Notes: generated by a model not told the origin, from the sequence alone. Counted from the first letter of the stretch, positions 17,212 to 27,201 are shown. The stretch: DNA of 38,116 nucleotides from a virus (IMGVR_UViG_2541047893_000008); one strand, 5' to 3'. A program made the numbers and translations.

Positions 17212-17706
17212 ATGAGTATGGTTGCCAGAACCAACCCCGGCCCCGCAGAGGACGACATCACCGATACCGATGATGGTGATACCCGTATTTCAGCGGGCGC
17301 ATTCTGGCCGGATATTGTGCTGCGTGAGCTGCGTCTGGCGATACGACTGCCGGGCCGTGTGACCACCTCCCGCCTGCTGCATACCGCCACCGGGGCCGTG
17401 GCACACGTTACCCGCGAGCTGGAAGCGTGGCAGCAGGAACAGCAGGCGGCTGGCCATCAGACGCTGGCCGATGTTCCGGCACCCGTAATTAACGGAGAAA
17501 GCGTCAATCTCTGGCACTGGCGCAATGCTGTTTATACCGCCACGCGCGCCCTGATTCTGGAGCGTTATCGTGATGCAGACACAACGGACAAGGGCGACCG
17601 CCGGGCGGACGCTCTGGATATACAGACATCGGATTTGTGGCGTGATGTGAGCTGGGCCATCTCTGACATTCTGTGCCGCCCGCGAATCTTTGCGGAGTTG
17701 TGCTGA
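17212..17706 (+). CDS. L: Head completion/stabilisation protein (P2 gpL family)
   Basis: ATG 9 nt after AGGAG; blocks (FWPDIVLRELR, LADVPA, NGESV, LWRDVSWAI) match P2 L. Confidence 0.85.
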   Translation: MSMVARTNPGPAEDDITDTDDGDTRISAGAFWPDIVLRELRLAIRLPGRVTTSRLLHTATGAVAHVTRELEAWQQEQQAAGHQTLADVPAPVINGESVNLWHWRNAVYTATRALILERYRDADTTDKGDRRADALDIQTSDLWRDVSWAISDILCRPRIFAELC

Positions 17707-17906
17707 TGAAAGTGAAGGCACTGGAAGGCGACACCGTGGATTCGCTCTGTTTCCGGCACTACGGCACGACGCAGGGCGTCACCGAAAAGGTGCTGGATGC
17801 CAACCCCGGACTCTGTCAGCAGGTATTTCTGGACGCCGGGCAGGAAGTGGAGATGCCGGAGCCGGAGAAGAAGAAACGAGAAATGATTCAGTTGTGGGGG
17901 GAGTAG
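17706..17906 (+). CDS. X: Tail protein X (P2 gpX family)
   Basis: 66-aa ORF starting at the ATG overlapping the L stop (TGATG); size and position as P2 X. Confidence 0.8.
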   Translation: MKVKALEGDTVDSLCFRHYGTTQGVTEKVLDANPGLCQQVFLDAGQEVEMPEPEKKKREMIQLWGE

Positions 17907-17908
17907 CA

Positions 17909-18232
17909 GTGAGCACCATTCAAACAGGGATCACAGAGCAGGTTATTGCATGGCTCTTTGACCACCTGCCAACGGTGTATGCAGTAGGCGCGGCGGTCAG
18001 CATTTCCGCGCTGATGAGTCTTTATGACGGACGAACACTGGTTCAGACCGTAACGGGATCGCTGGCGTGCGGCGTTCTTGCCATGGCTGTGGCCGGGTCG
18101 TTGCGCTTCTTCGGTTTTCCTGAAGATGCCGTGACGTTTATCGGCGCATCAATCGGTTTTATGGGGGCAGAGAAAGCACGCGATAAGGTTATTGCGGCCT
18201 TTAATCGCAGGGTGAAGGAGAAGGACGAATGA
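17909..18232 (+). CDS. Putative holin
   Basis: About 107 aa with two to three hydrophobic helices and a charged C-terminus (RRVKEKDE); probable GTG start just after the X stop; directly upstream of the endolysin. Start uncertain. Confidence 0.55.
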   Translation: MSTIQTGITEQVIAWLFDHLPTVYAVGAAVSISALMSLYDGRTLVQTVTGSLACGVLAMAVAGSLRFFGFPEDAVTFIGASIGFMGAEKARDKVIAAFNRRVKEKDE

Positions 18233-18621
18233 GCAACACATTTAAATTCAGCAGCCGGAGCGAAAAGAATTTGCAGGGCGTAAATCCTGATCTGGTGAAA
18301 GTGACCCGACGGGCACTGGAAATTTCGGAAGTGGATTTTGGTATCACCGAAGGGTTGCGCAGTCGTTACCGCCAGAAGCAACTTGTGGCCACAGGTAAGA
18401 GCCAGACCATGAACAGCCGCCACCTTACGGGACATGCCGTGGATGTTGTGGCTTATATCGGCAGCCAAGTGTCATGGGAATGGCCGCTGTACGAAAAAAT
18501 CGCAGCCGCATTCAAACAGGCCAGCCGGGAACTGAATATTCCGGTGGAATGGGGCGGCGACTGGAAGACCCTGAAAGACGGACCGCATTTTCAGTTACCA
18601 CACGGAGCCTATCCGGCATGA
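18229..18621 (+). CDS. Endolysin, peptidase M15 (L-alanyl-D-glutamate peptidase / VanY-like) family
   Basis: 130 aa with zinc-binding signature (HLTGHAVDV ... DGPHFQLPH) typical of M15 endolysins; ATGA overlap with holin. Confidence 0.85.
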   Translation: MSNTFKFSSRSEKNLQGVNPDLVKVTRRALEISEVDFGITEGLRSRYRQKQLVATGKSQTMNSRHLTGHAVDVVAYIGSQVSWEWPLYEKIAAAFKQASRELNIPVEWGGDWKTLKDGPHFQLPHGAYPA

Positions 18622-19025
18622 AGCTCTGGCCAACGCTTGGCGTTGCTTTCCTTCTGATTGCCGAATGGGGAACATCCATGCGTCTGTCATGGTCGCTGGG
18701 CCGGGAGAACGCCAGAAACGAAGCGCAGGCCAGCACCCTGAAACGTACCGCCGACACCCTGAATATCATCAGCGCCGGGGTACAGGATATGCAGCAGGTG
18801 CTGGCGCAACTCCGCGTGGAAAATCAGCAACGCAATCAGGACGGAGAGGCAAGACGTGAACAGCTACGCAACGATATTGCAAAAGATGAATGCGCCCACG
18901 CTTTGCCTGACGCTCGTTTTACTGACAGGCTGCGCAGGCACGCAGAACGCGCTACGGCCAGCGCCGTCAGTCCGGCTTATACCGCAGACGCTGACCATAC
19001 CGGTAACGCCTCCCCCTTTCCCTGA
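18618..19025 (+). CDS. Spanin inner-membrane subunit (Rz/LysB-like)
   Basis: Start overlaps the endolysin stop; N-terminal TM helix followed by a charged coiled-coil-like region; position after endolysin. Confidence 0.6.
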   Translation: MKLWPTLGVAFLLIAEWGTSMRLSWSLGRENARNEAQASTLKRTADTLNIISAGVQDMQQVLAQLRVENQQRNQDGEARREQLRNDIAKDECAHALPDARFTDRLRRHAERATASAVSPAYTADADHTGNASPFP

Positions 19026-19176
19026 CACTCCCACATGGGGAAATCTCGGTATATGGGGCGACCGCCTTCTGGATGCACTGGAAACCTGTAACGCGGATAA
19101 ACGGGCCATTGAATTACTGGAACAGCGCAGGCTGCAACGACTGAACAACGAGGACAACAACCATGCTGAAAACTGA
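18886..19176 (+). CDS. Spanin outer-membrane lipoprotein subunit (Rz1/LysC-like), overlapping Rz in another frame
   Basis: Signal peptide with lipobox (LTLVLLTGCAG), Pro-rich, in the +1 frame overlapping the end of the Rz-like gene, as in P2 lysB/lysC. Confidence 0.55.
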   Translation: MNAPTLCLTLVLLTGCAGTQNALRPAPSVRLIPQTLTIPVTPPPFPDTPTWGNLGIWGDRLLDALETCNADKRAIELLEQRRLQRLNNEDNNHAEN

Positions 19177-19630
19177 TTCCCTGCGTGAAGCCATGACCCG
19201 TTCATGCCGATGGTGTCAGGCCAACCCGGAAAAATTCACCATTTTCGTGGAGAGCGGCAACATTGAAACGACCGGAGAAACGCCCTCGTTTGTTTACCGC
19301 TATCAGATGGTGATGTTTGTCATGGATTACGCCGGGGAGCTGGACGACCTCACGCTGCCGCTACTGGCGTGGTTATCCGAAAATCAGCCACAGTTGTTGC
19401 TCAATCCGGAGCGTAATCAGGACATCAAATTCTCCGCCGTTATCAATGACGATGACAGCGCCGATCTCCTGTTTACGCTCCCCCTGCGGGAACGCGTTCG
19501 CATTACGCGCAGCAGTCAGGGGACACCGCAGGCAGAGCACCTGCCGGAGCCAAAACCCCGTCTGCCATCTTCCGAAGGCGACTGGTCGCATATATTCCAG
19601 GATGTGACGTGGGGTGAAAGCGATGGATAA
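19163..19630 (+). CDS. R: Tail completion protein (P2 gpR family)
   Basis: 155 aa; N-terminus MLKTDSLREAM and block LPLLAWLSENQP match P2 R. Confidence 0.85.
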   Translation: MLKTDSLREAMTRSCRWCQANPEKFTIFVESGNIETTGETPSFVYRYQMVMFVMDYAGELDDLTLPLLAWLSENQPQLLLNPERNQDIKFSAVINDDDSADLLFTLPLRERVRITRSSQGTPQAEHLPEPKPRLPSSEGDWSHIFQDVTWGESDG

Positions 19631-20258
19631 GGCATTCACCCGTGTGGATGAAACCTTTGAGGCCATCCGCGACAGCCTGAATCAGCAGGCCATCAATAAC
19701 ATCGCCAGAAAGCTGGCACAGGATTTACGCCGCGCCCAGCAGGCGCGCATCCGGTCACAGAAAGCGCCGGACGGGACCGCATGGACACCACGCAGACGCC
19801 GCGTAACCCGGATACAGGAGCGCATTCGCTTTATCTGGAATAACGAAGCACGCACGCTGAAAAACTGGCATCACGACACGGGGAAATACGGGCGAACCAT
19901 TACCGGGTGGGATGAGGATAAAAACAATATCCGCACGTTTTACCGGGATGACATCGACCGTTTTCTGGAAATACGCACCCGGCGCATCAACCAGGACAGC
20001 ACAAAGCGCGTCCCCATGTTCGTAAAACTGCGCACCGCCCGCTACCTGAAAGCCCGTGCAGATGCTTCCGGTGTGACGGTGGGTTACAGCGGCGTGGCCG
20101 CACGTATTGCACGCGTTCATCAGTTCGGTGAGCGCGATCAGGTTGCGCCGGGCATTTTCACCGATTACCCGGTACGTGAGCTGCTGGGTATCAGCCAGGC
20201 AGATGAGCGCCTGATTTATAACACGGTGCTGGGCCGGATTGCGGAGGCTGTACGGTGA
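19623..20258 (+). CDS. S: Tail completion / virion morphogenesis protein (P2 gpS family)
   Basis: ORF overlapping the R stop; synteny R-S-V. Confidence 0.75.
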   Translation: MDKAFTRVDETFEAIRDSLNQQAINNIARKLAQDLRRAQQARIRSQKAPDGTAWTPRRRRVTRIQERIRFIWNNEARTLKNWHHDTGKYGRTITGWDEDKNNIRTFYRDDIDRFLEIRTRRINQDSTKRVPMFVKLRTARYLKARADASGVTVGYSGVAARIARVHQFGERDQVAPGIFTDYPVRELLGISQADERLIYNTVLGRIAEAVR

Positions 20259-20836
20259 GCGCAGAACTCATGCGACTGCTGAGCAACATCATCCGTACCG
20301 GGATCATCTCTGAAGTTGATGAGGAATCCTGGTGCGTGCGCGTTCGCAGCGGCGAACTGGAAACAGGCTGGCTGCGCTGGAACACCACGCGCGCGGGAGC
20401 CTTCAATGTATGGCTGCCGCCATCACCAGGCGAACAGGTGGTAATTGCCTGCATTGGCGGCAACCCGGAAACCGCCATGATAATTGGCAGCCTGTGGAGT
20501 GATGCCAGTCCGGCCCCCGGCAAAAGCCTGAAAGAAATCGTGGTCAGCGCGCCGGATGGCGCGGTGTTCCGCTACGACGCGGAAGCAGGCGCACTGAGCG
20601 CCAGCGGCATGAAAACAGCCACCCTGCAGGCATCCGTCAGCGTGACACTGGACACGCCCGTCGTGGAATGCACAGACCTTCTGAGAACGGCGACGCTTGA
20701 CGTCACAAAAGGAGGAAAGATGAGCGGCAATATCACGCACAGCGGCGGCAACTTCACCTCAAACGGCATTACCGTGCATACGCATAAACACGGTGGCGTG
20801 AAAGGCGGCAGCGATTCGACAGGAGGCCCGCAGTGA
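20255..20836 (+). CDS. V: Baseplate spike / assembly protein V
   Basis: GTG start overlapping the S stop; blocks (IRTGIIS, GEQVVIACIGG, VHTHKHGGV) match P2 V. Confidence 0.85.
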   Translation: MSAELMRLLSNIIRTGIISEVDEESWCVRVRSGELETGWLRWNTTRAGAFNVWLPPSPGEQVVIACIGGNPETAMIIGSLWSDASPAPGKSLKEIVVSAPDGAVFRYDAEAGALSASGMKTATLQASVSVTLDTPVVECTDLLRTATLDVTKGGKMSGNITHSGGNFTSNGITVHTHKHGGVKGGSDSTGGPQ

Positions 20837-21183
20837 CAACCCGCTACACAGGAATGAATCCGGACGGGACGGGAAACCTGAACGATATGGAGCACCTGAA
20901 ACAGTCAGTCAGGGATATCCTGACCACCCCGCTGGCAAGCCGGGTTATGCGACGGGAATATGGCAGCCTTGTGCCTGATTTGATTGACGAACCCATGAAT
21001 AACACCACGCGTCTGCAATGCATGAGTGCTGCCGTGATTGCGCTGACACGATGGGAACCCCGCATTGCCCTGGATGCCATCGACGTTGTCTGGAAAGCGG
21101 GAGGCCGCGCCGGGGTGACGCTGTCGGGCACTGTCATGCAGACCATGCAGAATGTTGAATTAACCATCACGCTGAGGGAGTAA
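20833..21183 (+). CDS. W: Baseplate wedge protein W (gp25-like)
   Basis: 116 aa; MTTRYTGMN...RVMRREYGSL matches P2 W. Confidence 0.85.
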   Translation: MTTRYTGMNPDGTGNLNDMEHLKQSVRDILTTPLASRVMRREYGSLVPDLIDEPMNNTTRLQCMSAAVIALTRWEPRIALDAIDVVWKAGGRAGVTLSGTVMQTMQNVELTITLRE

Positions 21184-21186
21184 ATC

Positions 21187-22083
21187 ATGCCTGCCGTTGA
21201 CCTTTCCCAGTTACCGGAACCCGCCATCATCGCGGAGCCTGACTTTGAGGCAATTCTGGCTGACACAAAGGCCATGATGATTGCGGCTTATCACGCCGAA
21301 CAGCGTGAAGCCGTTTCCGCCGCGCTGGAGCTGGAATCGGAACCCCTGAACGTTATCGCCCAGACAACAGCGTTTCGTGAAATGCTGTTACGCCAGCGGG
21401 TCAATGAGGGGGCACGCGCCTGCATGTTAAGCCACAGCGCCGGGACAGACCTGGACAACCTCGCGGGCAATATGAACACAAAGCGCCTGACCATCACTCC
21501 GGCAACGGATACCACCGACGCAGTGATGGAAAGTGACACCTCGCTGAGACTGCGGGCGCAGCGGGCGTACGATGGCCTGAGTGTTGCTGGCCCGTCAGGT
21601 GCATACGAGTATTTTGCCCGCAGCGCCAGCGGTCTGGTGCGTGATGCGCGGGCTATCAGTCCGTCTCCGGCAAATGTGACGGTTTCCATTCTGTCCACTG
21701 AAGGCGACGGCACAGCAACGGAGGCGTTGCTTAATACCGTTCGCGCCGTTCTGAATGCAGAGGACACCCGCCCGGTGGCCGACCGCCTGACCGTACAGAG
21801 CGCCAGAATCGTGACATGGCGGCTGAATGCAAAACTGTACTTTTACCCCGGTCCGGAATCCGAACCTATTCTGGCTGCGGCGGAATCGTCGTTCAGGAAG
21901 TGGCTGGCTGAGCAGGGGCTTATCGGTCAGGACGTGGCGTTGTCCGCCATTGCTGCCGCACTGCATGTGCACGGTGTGCAACGCGTGGAGATAATCGAAC
22001 CCACACAGAATATGGCCATCAGCGACATACAGGCGGCGCGCTGTGAGTCATTCACCATCAGCGAAGGTGGGCGCAATGAGTAA
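21187..22083 (+). CDS. J: Baseplate assembly protein J
   Basis: 298-aa ORF in P2 position between W and I. Confidence 0.88.
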   Translation: MPAVDLSQLPEPAIIAEPDFEAILADTKAMMIAAYHAEQREAVSAALELESEPLNVIAQTTAFREMLLRQRVNEGARACMLSHSAGTDLDNLAGNMNTKRLTITPATDTTDAVMESDTSLRLRAQRAYDGLSVAGPSGAYEYFARSASGLVRDARAISPSPANVTVSILSTEGDGTATEALLNTVRAVLNAEDTRPVADRLTVQSARIVTWRLNAKLYFYPGPESEPILAAAESSFRKWLAEQGLIGQDVALSAIAAALHVHGVQRVEIIEPTQNMAISDIQAARCESFTISEGGRNE

Positions 22084-22606
22084 TTCGTTGTTACCACCAT
22101 CAGCCAGCAATTTCATGCGTTGTGCCGAAGCCGTCGGAACACGCATTACAGACATTCCGGTAGACCTCAACACACTGTGGTCGCCGGATACCTGCCCGGT
22201 GCATCTGCTGCCCTATCTCGCCTGGGCATTTTCCGTTGACCGCTGGGATCGCAACTGGCCGGAAGAGACAAAGCGACAGGTTATTCGTGATGCATGGCTG
22301 ATACACCGACACAAAGGGACCATCAGCGCACTGCGCAGGGCCATTGAGCCGCTGGGATACCTCATTCGCGTGTCTGAGTGGTGGGAGTTCGGCGGAGAAC
22401 CGGGAACATTTACCGTTGAAGTCGGCACACTGGACAGTGGCGTGACGGAGGAAATGTATCTGGAAATGGAGCGGTTGATTGCTGATGCCCGCCCGGTCAG
22501 CCGCCACATGACAGGGCTGAATATCATTCAGGAAATTCCGGGGGATATTTTCGCAGCGGCGGCAACTTATGACGGTGAAGTTATTACCATTTATCCGGAC
22601 GATTAA
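22076..22606 (+). CDS. I: Baseplate / tail fibre attachment protein I
   Basis: Start ATG overlaps the J 3-prime end (MSNSLLPPSASNF...); synteny J-I-H. Confidence 0.85.
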   Translation: MSNSLLPPSASNFMRCAEAVGTRITDIPVDLNTLWSPDTCPVHLLPYLAWAFSVDRWDRNWPEETKRQVIRDAWLIHRHKGTISALRRAIEPLGYLIRVSEWWEFGGEPGTFTVEVGTLDSGVTEEMYLEMERLIADARPVSRHMTGLNIIQEIPGDIFAAAATYDGEVITIYPDD

Positions 22607-22608
22607 GC

Positions 22609-24033
22609 ATGAGTACCACAACACGAAAATTTAAAACCGTTATCACCGATACAGGTGCAAAAAAATTAGCTCAGGCAGCCGCGCCAGATGGTAAGCCTGT
22701 CCGCCTGACTCATATGGCCGTGGGCGACGGTGGCGGCACGTTGCCCACACCAGACAGTAAGCAGACCCGTCTGGTGCATGAGGTGTGGCGACACACTGTT
22801 AATCGCGTCATCCTGGACGCAACACATCAGAACCGCATTATTGCGGAGCTGGTTATACCTCCTGAAACGGGCGGATTCTGGATCCGGGAAATTGGTGTAT
22901 TTGATGAGCACGGCGATTTAATCGCGGTGGGCAATACTGCCGAAAGTTACAAGCCAACCGTTGCCGAGGGGTCCGGACGTGCACAAACATTTCGCACCAT
23001 TCTGACCGTATCCAGCACTGCCAGCGTGGCGCTTACCGTGGATAACACCATGGTGATGGCCACAGTGGATTACGTGGATGACAAACTGAAAGAGCATGAA
23101 CAGTCACGACGTCACCCGGATGCCTCGCTGACCGCAAAAGGCTTTGTTCAACTCAGTAGCGCCACTAACAGCGATTCTGAAACGCTGGCCGCAACGCCGA
23201 AAGCGGTTAAGGCCGCGTATGACCTGGCTAACGGAAAATATACCGCTCAGGACGCCACGACGGCACGAAAAGGGATAGTCCAGCTCAGCAGTGCAACCAA
23301 CAGCACGTCTGAAACGCAGGCTGCAACGCCGAAAGCAGTAAAGGCGGCATATGACCTTGCTAACGCAAAATATACCGCTCAGGACGCAACGACGGCACGA
23401 AAAGGGATAGTTCAGCTCAGTAGCGCCACTAACAGCCCGTCTGAAACGCTGGCTGCGACACCAAAAGCGGTTAAGGCGGTAATGGATGAAACGAACAAGA
23501 AAGCGCCTTTAAACAGTCCTGCGCTGACCGGAACGCCAACAACGCCAACTGCGCGACAGGGAACGAATAATACCCAAATCGCAAGCACGGCTTTCGTTAT
23601 GGCTGCGATTGCCGCCCTTGTAGATTCGTCACCTGACGCACTGAATACGCTGAACAAGTTAGCGGCGGCGCTGGGAAACGACCCGAATTTTGCGACCACC
23701 ATGACTAACGCGCTTGCGGGTAAGCAACCGAAAGATGCCACCCTGACGGCGCTGGCCGGGCTTGCTACTGCGGCAGACAGGTTTCCGTATTTTACGGGGA
23801 ATGATGTCGCCAGCCTGGCAACCCTGACAAAAGTCGGGCGGGATATTCTTGCGAAATCGACCGTTGCTGCCGTTATCGAATACCTCGGTTTACAGGAAAC
23901 GGTAAATCAGGCTTCTGGCGCATTACAGAAAAACCAGAACGGCGCAGATATTCCGGGTAAAGATACCTTCACCAAAAACATTGGTGCCTGCCGCGCATGT
24001 GAGGCGGATCAGAATATTGGAGGGGAGCATTAG
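22609..24033 (+). CDS. H: Tail fibre protein H, constant N-terminal part plus a short segment after the gix crossover; apparently truncated
   Basis: 474-aa ORF with a conserved fibre N-terminus and internal 44-aa tandem repeats; crosses the left gix site at codon 423-431 and stops about 45 codons later. Fibre-like sequence continues out of frame downstream. Confidence 0.85.
   Translation: MSTTTRKFKTVITDTGAKKLAQAAAPDGKPVRLTHMAVGDGGGTLPTPDSKQTRLVHEVWRHTVNRVILDATHQNRIIAELVIPPETGGFWIREIGVFDEHGDLIAVGNTAESYKPTVAEGSGRAQTFRTILTVSSTASVALTVDNTMVMATVDYVDDKLKEHEQSRRHPDASLTAKGFVQLSSATNSDSETLAATPKAVKAAYDLANGKYTAQDATTARKGIVQLSSATNSTSETQAATPKAVKAAYDLANAKYTAQDATTARKGIVQLSSATNSPSETLAATPKAVKAVMDETNKKAPLNSPALTGTPTTPTARQGTNNTQIASTAFVMAAIAALVDSSPDALNTLNKLAAALGNDPNFATTMTNALAGKQPKDATLTALAGLATAADRFPYFTGNDVASLATLTKVGRDILAKSTVAAVIEYLGLQETVNQASGALQKNQNGADIPGKDTFTKNIGACRACEADQNIGGEH
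23137..23496 (+). repeat. About 2.7 tandem copies of a 132-bp (44-codon) repeat inside H
   Basis: Protein repeat KG(F/I)VQLSSATNS(D/T/P)SET(L/Q)AATPKAVKAAYDLAN(G/A)KYTAQDATTAR seen three times; nucleotide copies near-identical. Confidence 0.8.
23875..23900. other. gix/hix-like crossover site (left), inside H
   Basis: atcgaatACCTCGGTTTACAGGAAAC; inverted copy at 27174-27201. Matches the Mu gix consensus as I recall it; homology between the two copies continues about 100 bp. Confidence 0.75.
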
Positions 24034-24906
24034 GCATGTACAGCGCCGCATATTATTTTGGGGCTAGAGTGGTAGGCAGCAATTAACCATCCTTACTCGG
24101 GGAGCAAAGGCGAGTGGGCTTCTGCAAAGAATAAGGTCACTACAGATGCCGGTTGCGGTAACGCTTTTCTTGAAGGTGAAGTCAATGAAGTGATTGTGCC
24201 TGGCGGCTCGACTACCATTCGCGTAAATGCGCCGAGTTCTTTCAGCGGGGGTGAGATTACTGAGCCCGAAATCAATTCCATTATACATAGCGTTAATTAA
24301 GATCATGGATGGAGAGGTGATTACATTACGGGAAAGCAGCTTCCTGTATTTGTTTTAGCGCAAGCAGGGCGCACGGTCACAAATCATACTGATGTTGGCA
24401 CCGTCGGTCAAACCGCTGTTTAGGATGCAGCAACCAATCGCGCGACAAAATTCACGAACGCCCACAACATGCTGGCTTGTAACAGCGCGCGTGTACATTT
24501 TTGCGTGAATTCCATGTACGGCAGTATCTCCAATCTTTGCGGGAGTCTGGGTATTGGAATGGCTGATGCCTTGTGAGGAATTTACATCACATCAGGCAAA
24601 CACGATACTGGGTTTGAAGGAAAATATGCTCGGGCGCTAGATGCTTAAGGTAATGTTGCGCATGTACTCCTCTTTAGTAATTCATCTGTTCTATCATGAA
24701 AGGGTACTGGCTCTGCGGACAGGAAAGGTTTCGTCGTTACAGGTGCAATTACCGCTGACCGTGATGCATCATTTGATTCATGGCAAACTTGGTCAATTCC
24801 AAATTGTGTAAAGGGGGGTGGGGATTACGCGGGGAATTTCTATAGTCGACGCACTACAGAAACCTTAGTGATATTTACTGTAAACGATCAGATCCATACA
24901 AGCTAC
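24034..24906 (+). pseudogene. Remnants of the distal (receptor-binding) part of the tail fibre, broken by multiple frameshifts and stops
   Basis: Fibre-like peptide stretches in three different frames (SKGEWASAKNKVTTDAGCGNAFLEGEVNEVIVPGGSTTIRVNAP...; KGTGSADRKGFVVTGAITADRDASFDSWQTW...GDYAGNFY...), each ending in a stop; no ORF over 100 codons. Confidence 0.45.
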
Positions 24907-25387
24907 TGAGGTAACTTAAAATCCAGTTGTTTGAAACAGAGTATGCTTGACACAGATCTGAATAACGAAGTAATTAACTGCCAAACACTTAACATCTGGT
25001 GCACGTCCGGTCATGTGTTGTCTTTTATATATGTTCGGGAGACTCATTAAATCATCGCCAAGGATATTGCGTCGTTGTATTACATGATCGTTCAGAAGAT
25101 TATAGATCTGACATTTTATATTAATGCGAGCGCTTAATATGAGTAGTTGTAAGGACATCATAGCCGGTAACGCTGCAACGCCGGAAGACTGAAAATTAAC
25201 AAAGAAGCCTGCTGCCATCCGGCATTAATCAGAAGAAGGTAAAAACCTCACAGAGACAGCTAAGCATTTTCTCTCAGACGAATAAAAAAATGTTAACGAA
25301 GAAAATACTATTTTCGCCGCTATCAGAATATATGGTCAATTCCATACTGCCGAAAATGTTACCGGAATAAACGTAACGAGAGTAGGC

Positions 25388-25600
25388 TTGAAACCGGGCC
25401 TTAATTTTTACGGTAACTTTAGGTTTCATGCTGGCTCTGCCGTATCCACACGGTTGACGACAGATGAGCAGCGTCCACATGAAGCAACACATGAGGCTTC
25501 GTCACCCGTCGACGTAGAAAGCCTTATAGAGCCTCCGGAACGCGCTGTAAGGCTTAACGCGGCGGAGAATGAGGCAGGCGTACGACATGAGGCCTGGTGA
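25388..25600 (+). pseudogene. Remnant of a tail fibre assembly (chaperone) gene C-terminus
   Basis: Track ORF 25388..25600 ends ...IEPPERAVRLNAAENEAGVRHEAW, resembling the conserved C-terminus of P2 G / Mu U-type assembly proteins; upstream part not in frame. Confidence 0.35.
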
Positions 25601-26560
25601 TGCTATAGTTCTATCGTATACAGTCTGGTTACGACAGCGCCCTCCTTACACCACCAGCCTCATTAGTCATTAGCGCCTCGGATGAAGCCAACTTCCAGTC
25701 CCTTAGTTCCGCAAAAACTACTAGCAGTATGGAATTGTGCATAGATGCTACTAGCTGCGAAAAGATCATTTTCTCTGTTAACTTTCGTTAATTCTTCTCG
25801 GAGAAAGTGCTTAACCTCAGCATAGAAGTTTTTCCCTGCTTCTGATCACTGACAAGTTGCAGCATGCTTCTCTTTTAACTCTCAGCCTTCCGCTGCTTTT
25901 CTGCCTCGCGCTTAGTTCGCTTTTCAACGCATCATTCTAAGCACACGCTTTAATCCGCCATGTCACCTCTGTGTATTGCTGTAATGTCATGTAATTCAAC
26001 CCCGCTATCGTATTGCCGATTTAGGGATCTAACTCCCTTACCAATATAACTAATAATGCCTTACTTGAAGGGGACTGGTAGTACCATGTTTGGCAGTAAT
26101 TCCTATTGTTCCTTTGATGAGTTCTTAGCAGCACATCATTAACACCATTGGAATCTAAATTGTTTCAGTTGCTTGGTTGTATCTTTCCTTTTACAGTTAA
26201 CGGCACCGAGGTATTTGTATTTCGCCAACTATAAAAATTCCACCCGGAATCCTAACCCCGATCAGTGCCAGACGGTACTGGCGAATTCCCCCTCGTATTA
26301 AATGATTCATCACGGGCTCCGTTATCTGAACCTGAAAGTGCGAATAATGTACTTTCAGAAGCGTGAGGACCATTTAATGATTGAACAGAGCCCTGTCTAA
26401 CCCAGCATACATCTGCAATAAAAGCAGAATCATCCTCCGCCTCAGTACATGTACGAACAACCCCAGTAGAGGTTTTGCCTATAGCTGTGGAATACCCCCC
26501 CCGGTTAGCTGCAAAGCCATAACCATGACGCGCTGTAAAATAAAAAATAACGCCGTACCT

Positions 26561-27184
26561 TTAGTTAGAACGATAATATCCTGGCCGATAGCTACACGCC
26601 TTAATGGTGAAGGGGATGATGCTTTCCGTCGCGCCATTGATAGCTGCCCACTTAAAAGTTCTTTGACAGTCGGAGTCATCCGCATTAGGATTAACAACCC
26701 TTAGTCCTTCTTCCCCAAAAACTAGTGCAGGCAGCTGCCTGCCTTCAATGTAAAAACCTCTCCATACATGAGCATCAGCATCGCTAGGTTTAATGGAGGT
26801 GATTGGGGGCTCAGTAGTCCCGTACGCGGAGAACTTACTTGGCGCAGATAAGCCTCTATCAGTCCCGCCACGAGGGCTTACCACTCCAACCAATGCACAT
26901 TCATGACTTGCATAACCGCAACCGGTATATGTGATCACCTTATTCATTCTGGAAGCCAGTGAGCCTGTGCTGCCTCAGGAACGACGGAAAAAAACTCCAT
27001 GCCACTCTAGCCAAACTACATTAGACGGCGCATTAAATGCGTGACTATGCATACCATTTTTCTTACATGCCTCATATGCGCGGCAGGCACCAATGTTACT
27101 CAGGAAGCGATCCTTATCAGGAATATCCGCGCCGTTCTGTTTTTTTTGTAATGCGCCAGAAGCCAGATTTACCGTTTCCTGCAA
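26561..27184 (-). pseudogene. Alternative (inverted-orientation) tail fibre C-terminal segment, interrupted
   Basis: Minus-strand ORF 26975..27184 starts inside the right gix site and encodes QETVNLASGALQKKQNGADIP..., a paralogue of the H sequence at the left site, but stops after 69 codons; fibre-like sequence continues in another frame (ORF 26561..26947). Confidence 0.45.
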
Positions 27185-27201
27185 ACCGAGGTTTTAGATA
27201 A
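27174..27201. other. gix/hix-like crossover site (right), inverted relative to the left site
   Basis: Reverse complement reads ttatctaaAACCTCGGTTTGCAGGAAAC, near-identical to the left site and to my recollection of the Mu gix sequence; about 55 bp upstream of the invertase gene. Confidence 0.75.

Noticed and set aside
24064-25218. Short minus-strand ORFs (24064-24306, 24916-25218) and others inside the invertible segment
   Set aside because: Antisense to recognisable fibre-like remnants and no family resemblance. The whole segment is treated as decayed fibre and assembly sequence rather than new genes.
26204-26215. Possible third gix-like site (caccgaggtatt; reverse complement shares AATACCTCGGT with the left site)
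   Set aside because: Only an 11-bp match; the flanking half-site does not resemble gix. Could be chance or a decayed site; not called.
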